From positions 14,582 through 78,581 of the forward strand of contig CAVJDT010000003.1 in assembly GCA_963648435.1 (NCBI GenBank): 64,000 bases of DNA. The letters run 5' to 3'. Positions 7,883-15,878 of this stretch are shown here, in pieces. The DNA is from Bacillota bacterium (GTDB lineage Bacteria > Bacillota_I > Bacilli_A > ML615J-28 > CAG-313). The notes under the pieces were generated by a model that was given only the letters and a program-made list of their open reading frames with translations, was not told the DNA's origin and searched no databases. Made by a program: the position numbers and the translations under genes. How positions within the stretch are numbered: position 1 is the first letter of the stretch; each line of letters begins with the position of its first letter.

Positions 7883-9353
7883 ATTTATTAACATCACCAT
7901 ACTTTAAGATTAATTCAATTTTTGAATTAACCCCTAATTTTCGGTAAATATTTTTATAATGAAAATTAACTGAATCATACTTCATACTAAGTTCCCCCGC
8001 AATCTGCCTTAAAGTAAGACCTTCAATCAAAAAGTCAAATACAATCTTTTCTTTGGGGGTTAAAACCTCATTAGGGTCGATAATTACATCTTTGGTTTTT
8101 ATTTTATCAATGCTTTCAGGGGTACCACTTTTAATCTTTAAAACATTGATATATCCAAGAACATTGATAATAATTAAAATAACACCGATTAATGCATTCA
8201 TAATCATCATTGTAATCGCTATGGCTCTAGTATCAATATTCATTAAATATTTGCATAAAAAGACACTTGAAAAAGTAAAACAAATAGCACATAGTGATAC
8301 ATATAAAAGATTAAACTTTGATGCTTTATCATCTAGGACTTTAGCAATCAACATAAAAATAATGATATAACCTAAAGAACTTGAAAAGCCATATGCCAAA
8401 TCCGCGGCGTAACGCCAAAATGCTAAATTACTATCATAAGCAATATTGAATATTGTTAATTGATGAGCACCAAATAGTGACATAAAGTAAACAATAATAA
8501 GTAAAATTATAGCTTTTTTAGAATATAAGAAAGCAATAACCGTTACTAAACAACAAATTAAAAATCCAATATAATAGGTAGTAGAATAATATGATTTTGT
8601 TGCTTGAATGCCCCGCGTATGAACACTTAATTCAATGGCCCCCACAAAAGCTTGGTTCATGCAAACTACAAATAACATTCCAACTAACAATATCAATGAA
8701 TAATTTGGAACTTTTTCACTTTTATCGATTATTACAAAATAATCACTACAAAAAATAAATAATAAGTAAACAATTAAGGCTAAAAAAGAAGGCATATAAA
8801 TTCTTATAACTACTTCATTGGTAATTGCATTAAAATAAAAAGAATAACTAAAAAATAATAAGATAAGGATTAAACTAAATATTAATCGTTCACTCATTCC
8901 AAATGAATATAAAAATAAATTAACAATTAATCCAAAAATAAGGCCATAACCAAAGCCAAGTAACACTGAGCCTATAGTTAAACTTAAATTATTAAAGGAA
9001 TAATAACTAAATAAAATTCCCACAATTGCTAAGGGAGCAGAAATAAACTTAAAATATCTTAAAACTATTTGTTTAGAAACAACAACCACGATGATAATTG
9101 CAAACATTACCCCTAAAGCAATCCCAAATAATTGATAAATGTTTTCCGTAACATTTACATTTTCATAATCAAATAGTTTCATAAATCTAAAAATAAAATC
9201 AACTACTAGTAGTGATGAAAAGATTGATAAAAATATCGATTTTAAGGAAGGTTTAGTAAAATAAACCTTACTAGATTCCTTTTTACGATTAGCTAAAATT
9301 ACACTTAATTTCGAAAATACTTTCGTTATTTTCTTCTCTTTTTTAGTGTCCAT
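7881..9353 (-). CDS. polytopic membrane protein with a C-terminal LuxR/GerE-type HTH (membrane-embedded one-component regulator)
   Basis: About 12 predicted TM helices over the first ~400 aa. The C-terminus LTPKEKIVFDFLIEGLTLRQIAGELSMKYDSVNFHYKNIYRKLGVNSKIELI matches the LuxR HTH signature. Confidence 0.7.
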   Translation of the reverse strand: MDTKKEKKITKVFSKLSVILANRKKESSKVYFTKPSLKSIFLSIFSSLLVVDFIFRFMKLFDYENVNVTENIYQLFGIALGVMFAIIIVVVVSKQIVLRYFKFISAPLAIVGILFSYYSFNNLSLTIGSVLLGFGYGLIFGLIVNLFLYSFGMSERLIFSLILILLFFSYSFYFNAITNEVVIRIYMPSFLALIVYLLFIFCSDYFVIIDKSEKVPNYSLILLVGMLFVVCMNQAFVGAIELSVHTRGIQATKSYYSTTYYIGFLICCLVTVIAFLYSKKAIILLIIVYFMSLFGAHQLTIFNIAYDSNLAFWRYAADLAYGFSSSLGYIIIFMLIAKVLDDKASKFNLLYVSLCAICFTFSSVFLCKYLMNIDTRAIAITMMIMNALIGVILIIINVLGYINVLKIKSGTPESIDKIKTKDVIIDPNEVLTPKEKIVFDFLIEGLTLRQIAGELSMKYDSVNFHYKNIYRKLGVNSKIELILKYGDVNK

Positions 9354-9509
9354 AATCTCCCTCCAACTTATTTATTATACCATATTTTGACATATTATTA
9401 AAGCAAAACACAACCTAAATACTGAAGGACAAATATTGAACCATAAAATTATACAACTCTTCATTAATATTGCCTATTTACCCACTAATTTGCCTTAAAT
9501 ACGAAAATA

Positions 9510-9818
9510 TTACTCACTTATTAGTGATAACATCCTTTCATATCTACAAAAATATGGTAAACATTTAACTTTCATATTTTGTTCAAGTAAGTAAATATCC
9601 CCAAATAAACTAACGTTTAGTCTATTATTCTTTAAATACTTTTCAAACTCCTCTTTTTCCATCATTCCATAACCCGTTAGTTTTTCACTTACAATTCTTG
9701 AAGTTAATACTTCTGAGATTTGAGCTAAGTAATTAAATTTTGTTACAACTCGGATAATTACTTTTTTTCTTTTCTTAATTAAATCATTTAACTCTTCACA
9801 ATTAATTATTTTATGCAT
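9510..9818 (-). CDS. hypothetical small protein
   Basis: 102-aa ORF with a GGAGGT RBS 5 nt upstream of the ATG; divergent from tmcAL; no motif I can name. Confidence 0.4.
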   Translation of the reverse strand: MHKIINCEELNDLIKKRKKVIIRVVTKFNYLAQISEVLTSRIVSEKLTGYGMMEKEEFEKYLKNNRLNVSLFGDIYLLEQNMKVKCLPYFCRYERMLSLISE

Positions 9819-9855
9819 AATATACCTCCATTTCGTAAATTATAGCATAAATGAA

Positions 9856-9884
9856 TTGCGAAAAAATGCATTTTTTGGTATAAT
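9856..9884 (+). promoter_or_regulatory. sigma-A-type promoter for tmcAL-mrp
   Basis: TTGCGA, 17-nt spacer, then TGgTATAAT (extended -10). AAAGGAGAA RBS before the ATG at 9918. Confidence 0.55.
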
Positions 9885-9917
9885 AACTATAAGTATTTAA
9901 AAAGAAAGGAGAACCTT

Positions 9918-11075
9918 ATGCCAGTAGTTGGTTTAATTTTTGAAGCAAATCCTTTTCATAACGGTCATAAACACCTAATTACAAATGCAAAAAATCTTTT
10001 TCCTGATTCTCCTTTAATTTGCATTACCTCTACTTCCTTTACCATGCGTGGTGAAATTTCTATTATCAATAAATTTGATAAAATTCAAATTTTACAAAAT
10101 GAAAACATTGATATTATTCTTGAACTTCCGGTTAGTTACACCCTCCAAAGTGCCGATTACTTTGCATGGAGCACCGTTTCCATTTTAAACCAAATCGGAG
10201 TAACTGATATTGTAATTGGATGTGAAACTACCGATCTTAAAAAATTTGAAAGATTTTATGAAATAATTAATTCAAATGAATTCTTAAAAACCTTTAAAAA
10301 TAATTCTACTAAAACTAGTCACAAAAAAAATTTTACTGAAGTTTTAACAAAAATGAAAATTGAAGCATCAGAAATTGAGGAATTTAATAAACCCAATTTT
10401 ACTTTAGGCTTTCAGTATTACCGGGTAATTAGAGATCAAAACCTAAGCATTAACCTTCATTTAATTAAAAGAACTAGTGATTATTACCAAAAGGAATGTT
10501 CAAATTCTAACATTGCAAGTGCGTCTTATATTCGAGAATCCTTTCAAAAAAATGAAGATATCGATAAATATTTGCCTTATAAACCTAATTTTATCGACCC
10601 TAGAGCGGCTGAAAATAATTTACTTAAAATAATTACTTTTCAAACTCTCCAATTTCCATTTACTGATCCTTTCAAAAAAATAAATGGTAATAGCGAAGGT
10701 TTAGGCAACTATATCATGAAAAATGGGGACTTCACAAAGACTTATTCTAACCTACTTGATTCCTTAAAAAATAAAAAGTACTCAGTTAATCGCCTTAGAA
10801 GGATCCTAATTTCTCTTCTTATTCAGTTAAAGATGGTTGACCTTTCAAACATAAATTACTTAAGAATCTTAGGTATCAATAAAACAGGCCTTAATTATCT
10901 CAATTCTTTAAATAAAACAACGAAAAAAATGATTTTTTCATCACCTAATGAATTAGCAAAAATTCCTGAAACATTACGTTATGAAATTATCGCCACTAAA
11001 TTATATGGAATCTTAACAAATAATCCTAAGATTTATCTAAGTGAATATAAATTACCAATTAGAAAGAAGGAATAA
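9918..11075 (+). CDS. tmcAL: tRNA(Met) cytidine acetate ligase (YlbM/UPF0348 nucleotidyltransferase)
   Basis: N-terminal GLIFEANPFHNGHKHLI (HxGH nucleotidyltransferase motif characteristic of YlbM/TmcAL). Confidence 0.7.
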   Translation: MPVVGLIFEANPFHNGHKHLITNAKNLFPDSPLICITSTSFTMRGEISIINKFDKIQILQNENIDIILELPVSYTLQSADYFAWSTVSILNQIGVTDIVIGCETTDLKKFERFYEIINSNEFLKTFKNNSTKTSHKKNFTEVLTKMKIEASEIEEFNKPNFTLGFQYYRVIRDQNLSINLHLIKRTSDYYQKECSNSNIASASYIRESFQKNEDIDKYLPYKPNFIDPRAAENNLLKIITFQTLQFPFTDPFKKINGNSEGLGNYIMKNGDFTKTYSNLLDSLKNKKYSVNRLRRILISLLIQLKMVDLSNINYLRILGINKTGLNYLNSLNKTTKKMIFSSPNELAKIPETLRYEIIATKLYGILTNNPKIYLSEYKLPIRKKE

Positions 11076-11076
11076 A

Positions 11077-12090
11077 ATGACAATACATGAACTTAGACAA
11101 TTACTAGATGGAGTTATCGATCCTAGTAATGGTAATACTTTAAAGGAAAATAACGCCATTAAGCACCTTGCTTACAATGATGATAACGACCTTATTACTT
11201 TAATTGTATCAATGCATAATAACGATAAAGTTTACGAAAAAATCCTTAAAAGAGAAATCGCAAAAATAGTTAAAATAACGGCTGGTTATAAAGGACTTCG
11301 CCTTGAAATAGAACAAGAAAAAGGCCTTAACTCATCGGTTAATAAACAAATTACCTATATTGGGGTTATTAGTGGTAAAGGTGGAGTCGGCAAAAGTAGT
11401 GTCGCCGCGAACATCGCTTACCGGATGGTAAAACGCAATTTTAAAGTTGGTGTAATTGACGCGGACATATATGGAGCCAGCCTACCTACCATTTTAGGAT
11501 TTGAACATCAATATCCAAGATACGATGAAAACAAAAAAATAATCCCTATTAAAGCTGGAAACCTAGAGATAATTTCCACTGAATTTTTCACTGAACCATC
11601 CCAACCCGTAATTTGGAGAGGTGGTATGCTTAATAGTATGCTAAATCACTTCTTCTATGATGTTAAATGGGCAGATGACACTGATTTTATCATTATTGAT
11701 TTTCCACCAGGAACTGGTGATATTACCTTAGACATTAAAAACATTGTGCCTGAATGCAAAATGATTCTAGTTACCACCCCTCATCCATCAGCATCCCATG
11801 TCGCGGTAAAAGCCGGACACGCCGCTACTAAATTAGGACATGAAATTTTAGGGGTGATTGAAAATATGTCATATTATGAAAATCCAATCAATCATGAAAA
11901 AGAATACATTTTTGGTGATGGTGGTGGAGAACAAGTTGCAAAAGAACTTAATACCGAACTTATTGCGAAAATTCCTATCGCAAGACCTGCAAATGGTACT
12001 GACCTTTTTGAAATTGATGAAACAAATGGTAAAATATATGATGATATCTTAGATTATATTTTAATTACCCTTCATAAAAATGAAAACTAA
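11077..12090 (+). CDS. mrp: Mrp/ApbC/NBP35-family Fe-S cluster carrier ATPase with N-terminal DUF59
   Basis: GKGGVGKSSVAANIA deviant Walker A. The start was moved to MTIHELRQ because the track start overlaps the tmcAL end. Confidence 0.85.
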   Translation: MTIHELRQLLDGVIDPSNGNTLKENNAIKHLAYNDDNDLITLIVSMHNNDKVYEKILKREIAKIVKITAGYKGLRLEIEQEKGLNSSVNKQITYIGVISGKGGVGKSSVAANIAYRMVKRNFKVGVIDADIYGASLPTILGFEHQYPRYDENKKIIPIKAGNLEIISTEFFTEPSQPVIWRGGMLNSMLNHFFYDVKWADDTDFIIIDFPPGTGDITLDIKNIVPECKMILVTTPHPSASHVAVKAGHAATKLGHEILGVIENMSYYENPINHEKEYIFGDGGGEQVAKELNTELIAKIPIARPANGTDLFEIDETNGKIYDDILDYILITLHKNEN

Positions 12091-12120
12091 AAACCATACC
12101 GATTTAGTATGGTTTTTTCT
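12091..12120. terminator. bidirectional rho-independent terminator
   Basis: AAAAACCATAC-cgatttag-TATGGTTTTTTC directly after the mrp stop. Confidence 0.7.
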
Positions 12121-12127
12121 TATTAAT

Positions 12128-12499
12128 TTATTCTTCATGATGATGACAACAACAATGATGTTCTTCACATTCACATTCATCATCACATTCACATTCGCCA
12201 TCACATTCTTCATCCATTTGGGCTTCATAGTCAGCAACAGCATCTTCAATTAATGACCATTCTTCGTCAGTTTCAATTTCACTTAATTCACCACTGCCAT
12301 CTTCACCTTCTGTGAATGAAGCCGCCATTAATTGAATTTGTTCAGAATCATCATCATTTAGTGCTTCAATGGGATAGAAAACAACATATTTCTTGTTAAA
12401 TTCTTCTGATTCTAATGTAAATAAAATTTGACATAATTTTTCATTGCCTTCAGCATCAATTACCGTTAATTGACCATCAGTTGGTTTGATTTCACTCAT
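12128..12499 (-). CDS. DUF1292 (YrzB-like) protein with an extra Cys/His/acidic C-terminal tail
   Basis: Position downstream of ruvX and the core EGNEKLCQILFTLESEEFNKKYVVFYPIE resemble YrzB. The tail is DEECDGECECDDECECEEHHCCCHHHEE. Confidence 0.6.
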   Translation of the reverse strand: MSEIKPTDGQLTVIDAEGNEKLCQILFTLESEEFNKKYVVFYPIEALNDDDSEQIQLMAASFTEGEDGSGELSEIETDEEWSLIEDAVADYEAQMDEECDGECECDDECECEEHHCCCHHHEE

Positions 12500-12513
12500 T
12501 TTAATATTCTCCT

Positions 12514-12936
12514 TTAATTCATTTTTTTACTGTCTAAATAAGATTGTAAAATTAATGTCGCAGCTAAAGTATCAACTTTCTTTTTGCGTTTAGCCCTACT
12601 CAAATCAGCGGAAATCATTAAGTTATTAACCTCAACTGAAGTAAGCCTTTCATCATATAAGATAACTTCTAAATTAGTGCTTTTTTCTAACATTGCCTTG
12701 AATTCATAAACATATTCAGCTTGTGGCCCAATTGTTCCATTCATATTAATGGGATGTCCAAGCACAATCTTATCTACTTTTTTTTCAGCAATTAACATTA
12801 TAACACATTCTAAACATTTTTGCAAATCTTTCTCTCTAAAACGTATCGTATCATATGATGTAGCTATCGTTTCCGATAAATCACTGAAAGCAACCCCACA
12901 TGTACGATTACCTAAATCAAGTCCCATAATTCTCAT
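12514..12936 (-). CDS. ruvX: Holliday-junction resolvase-like / pre-16S rRNA nuclease YqgF
   Basis: MRIMGLDLGNRTCGVAFSD..ILYDERLTS; the start overlaps the alaS stop. Confidence 0.9.
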   Translation of the reverse strand: MRIMGLDLGNRTCGVAFSDLSETIATSYDTIRFREKDLQKCLECVIMLIAEKKVDKIVLGHPINMNGTIGPQAEYVYEFKAMLEKSTNLEVILYDERLTSVEVNNLMISADLSRAKRKKKVDTLAATLILQSYLDSKKMN

Positions 12937-15638
12937 TATTTGATCATTTCCTTTACTTTTGCAAGGGCTTCATCAATTTTATTTACATCTTTACCCCCTG
13001 CTTGGGCAAAATCGGGTCTACCACCACCATTACCACCAGTTATGATGGCAGCAGTTTTAACTAAATCCCCAGAGCGATTGTTATTGCCTTTTGATTTAGC
13101 AATGAAAACTATTTTTCCATGACTTACACTTGCGATAAACACAACACAATTTGCCATAGTAGCACTAATCTTATCAATAATATCCTTTACAACATCAATT
13201 TCATAGTCTTCAAGTTTTGTAATCACCACATCAATACCATTAATTTGATATTTATTATTAATTAAAGATTCATAATTAGAAGATTTATGTGCTCGATAAA
13301 TATTATCAAATTCCTTATCTAGTTCTTTTATTTCATTTCTAGCCTTAATTAACGCCTCACGATAATTTAAAATATCTTGATAACTACTAGTAAAACGAGG
13401 TAAAATAATCGGACTTGATACAAGAGTAATCTTTTCATCATTAGCTTTAGCCATAATAGCTTTACGCTTTGCTTCTAAATTTTTCAAATCTTCAATTATT
13501 CCACTTAATTTTTCTTGTTCTGATGCTATTATATTATTTTTAGTAGCAGCTTCAATTCTAAAAATACCAGATCCTTTAGATTCAACCCCTAAAATGGCAA
13601 ATTTTTCAATTTCCATGGTATTTTTAACATGCGTACCACCACAAAGTTCCTTACTATAAGCCATTTCCACTAATCTAACCTTAGAACCATACTTTTCACC
13701 AAACACAGCTTGAGCCCCAAGAGCTTTAGCCTTATCAATGGTTGTAATTGTTGTTGTCACAATATTATTTTCTTTAATTGCTTTATTAACAATTTGTTCA
13801 ATTTCCAAAATTTGTTTTGAAGTTAAATTCTCATAATTATTAAAATCAAACCTTAAACCTTCATTTGTTACTTGACTACCTTGTTGAATAACATGTTTAC
13901 CTAAAACCATTCTTAAAGCCTCATTTAATAAATGGGTTGCGGAATGGTTAGAAGCAGTATCTGCTCTAAAGGCTTCGTCTACTTCAAGAAAAACTGCATC
14001 CCCTTCATGAAGAATTGCATCTTTCATATTTACGATATGAGCAGATTGACCATTTGGAAATTTCATTGTATTTAAAATATTGAAAGTTTCATTATTAATT
14101 ATTAAATGTCCTTGGTCACCATTTTGACCACCACTTTCACCATAAAAAGGCGTTTTATCAAATAGTACAATAACTTCACCATTGGCTTCTTTTACTTCAT
14201 GACCATTTTTAAAGATTCCTATTACTTTAGCATCACAATTTAAAGTATCATAGCCAACAAATAATGATTCTTTTTTAAAATTTATATATTCTTCATTTTG
14301 CGTATTCATTGATTGTTCACTATTACGGGCTTTACGAGCTCTTTCTTTTTGTTTTTGAAGTTCATTATTAAAAGCATCAATATCAACCGTAAAACCTTTA
14401 TCTTCGGCAGCTTCCACCGTTAATTCAATCGGAAAGCCGAAAGTGTCATATAGTAAAAAAGCATCACTACCACTAATTATCTTACTTTTAGCATTTTCAA
14501 TAATATCATTAAGTTTCTTTTCGCCTGATTCTAAAGTTTTTAAGAAATTTTCTTCTTCTATTTTAACTAATTTAGTAATAATGGTTTCTTTTTCAACTAA
14601 ATATGAATAAAAACTCTTCATATTTTCAATTACAACTGAAACAATTTTATATAAGAAAGGTTCATTTATACCTAAACGTTTTCCCATTCTAACCGCACGT
14701 CTTAAGATTCTTCTTAATACATAGCCACGACCCTCATTTGATAAAATGGCCCCATCAGCAAGAGCGAAAACAACACTTCTAATATGATCAACAATAACTC
14801 TAAATGCCATCTTTTGAGACTGTGAACATTCACCATATTTAATGCCGGATAACGTCTCAACATATTTAATCATTGGCATAAATAAGTCCGTTTCATAATT
14901 AGTTTCAACTCCCTGAAAAACACAAGCAAATCTTTCAAGTCCACCACCTGTATCAATATTTTTACTAGGTAATTCCGGATAATCCTCACGCTTTAAACCT
15001 GGAGTTGAATTAAATTGACTAAACACAATATTCCAAATTTCAATATAACGATCATTCTCAATATCTTCCGCAAGTAATTTAATACCTAAACCATTAGGGT
15101 CATATTTTTCACCACGGTCAAAGAAAATTTCCGTATCAGGTCCACAAGGTCCTTCTCCTATTTCCCAGAAGTTATCAGCAATCGGAACTAAATGCGCAGG
15201 ATTAACACCTAAACTAACCCATTTATTGTAAGTATCTTTATCATCTGGATAATAAGTAATATAAATTAAATCCCGAGGAATTCCAAACCACTTTTCATCA
15301 AATAATAACTCACTTGCAAATTCCAAAGCTTCATTTCTAAAATAATCACCAATTGAAAAATTACCTAACATTTCAAAAAAGGTATGATGACGAGCTGTTT
15401 TTCCAACATTTTCAATATCATTAGTACGTAATGACTTTTGAGCATTACATAAACGAGGATTTTCAGGCTTCTCACGACCATCAAAATATTTTTTAAGCGG
15501 GGCAACCCCTGCATTAATCCAAAGTAAAGTAGGATCATCAATTGGAATTAGCGATGCACTTGGTACAATTTTATGACCTTTACTGGCAAAAAAATCAAGC
15601 CACATTTGTCTAATTTCATAACTTTTTAAATTTTTCAT
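12936..15638 (-). CDS. alaS: alanine--tRNA ligase
   Basis: 900 aa: class II catalytic core, editing domain (HxxxH..CGGTH) and C-terminal DHHA1 (GGGRPDFAQAGG). Confidence 0.95.
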   Translation of the reverse strand: MKNLKSYEIRQMWLDFFASKGHKIVPSASLIPIDDPTLLWINAGVAPLKKYFDGREKPENPRLCNAQKSLRTNDIENVGKTARHHTFFEMLGNFSIGDYFRNEALEFASELLFDEKWFGIPRDLIYITYYPDDKDTYNKWVSLGVNPAHLVPIADNFWEIGEGPCGPDTEIFFDRGEKYDPNGLGIKLLAEDIENDRYIEIWNIVFSQFNSTPGLKREDYPELPSKNIDTGGGLERFACVFQGVETNYETDLFMPMIKYVETLSGIKYGECSQSQKMAFRVIVDHIRSVVFALADGAILSNEGRGYVLRRILRRAVRMGKRLGINEPFLYKIVSVVIENMKSFYSYLVEKETIITKLVKIEEENFLKTLESGEKKLNDIIENAKSKIISGSDAFLLYDTFGFPIELTVEAAEDKGFTVDIDAFNNELQKQKERARKARNSEQSMNTQNEEYINFKKESLFVGYDTLNCDAKVIGIFKNGHEVKEANGEVIVLFDKTPFYGESGGQNGDQGHLIINNETFNILNTMKFPNGQSAHIVNMKDAILHEGDAVFLEVDEAFRADTASNHSATHLLNEALRMVLGKHVIQQGSQVTNEGLRFDFNNYENLTSKQILEIEQIVNKAIKENNIVTTTITTIDKAKALGAQAVFGEKYGSKVRLVEMAYSKELCGGTHVKNTMEIEKFAILGVESKGSGIFRIEAATKNNIIASEQEKLSGIIEDLKNLEAKRKAIMAKANDEKITLVSSPIILPRFTSSYQDILNYREALIKARNEIKELDKEFDNIYRAHKSSNYESLINNKYQINGIDVVITKLEDYEIDVVKDIIDKISATMANCVVFIASVSHGKIVFIAKSKGNNNRSGDLVKTAAIITGGNGGGRPDFAQAGGKDVNKIDEALAKVKEMIK

Positions 15639-15878
15639 ATTATCTTTTTCCCTTCATTGCTTAAAAAAAGTTCCCATGCCTAAGCATAGGAACGAATAAA
15701 TCGCGGTACCATCCTAATTTGTAGTTACATAACCACACACTTAATTAGTTATAACGTAACTACCGGGAATTGTTAATTCCTCTCAAAAGGAGCTTCAATA
15801 CGAGTAATCTAGTTTTTCACCAACCAACTAGTCTCTAAAATTTACTCTATATTTACTAATCTTTATCATCGATTTGTA
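15639..15878 (-). promoter_or_regulatory. T-box riboswitch leader of alaS
   Basis: Minus strand carries the T-box AATTAGGATGGTACCGCG (~15703-15720) with the UGGU bulge. The terminator is GTTCCtatgcttaggcatGGGAAC plus seven T's (~15664-15694). Stem I has AGAGA motifs, and a GCU triplet sits in GAAGCUCC (~15792). Confidence 0.7.

Noticed and set aside
7703-7900. 65-aa ORF translating to repeated FPNGNTF heptads
   Set aside because: It is simply the 21-bp DNA repeat read in frame (21 nt gives 7 aa). There is no RBS and it lies in the terminator/promoter region, so it is a translation artefact.
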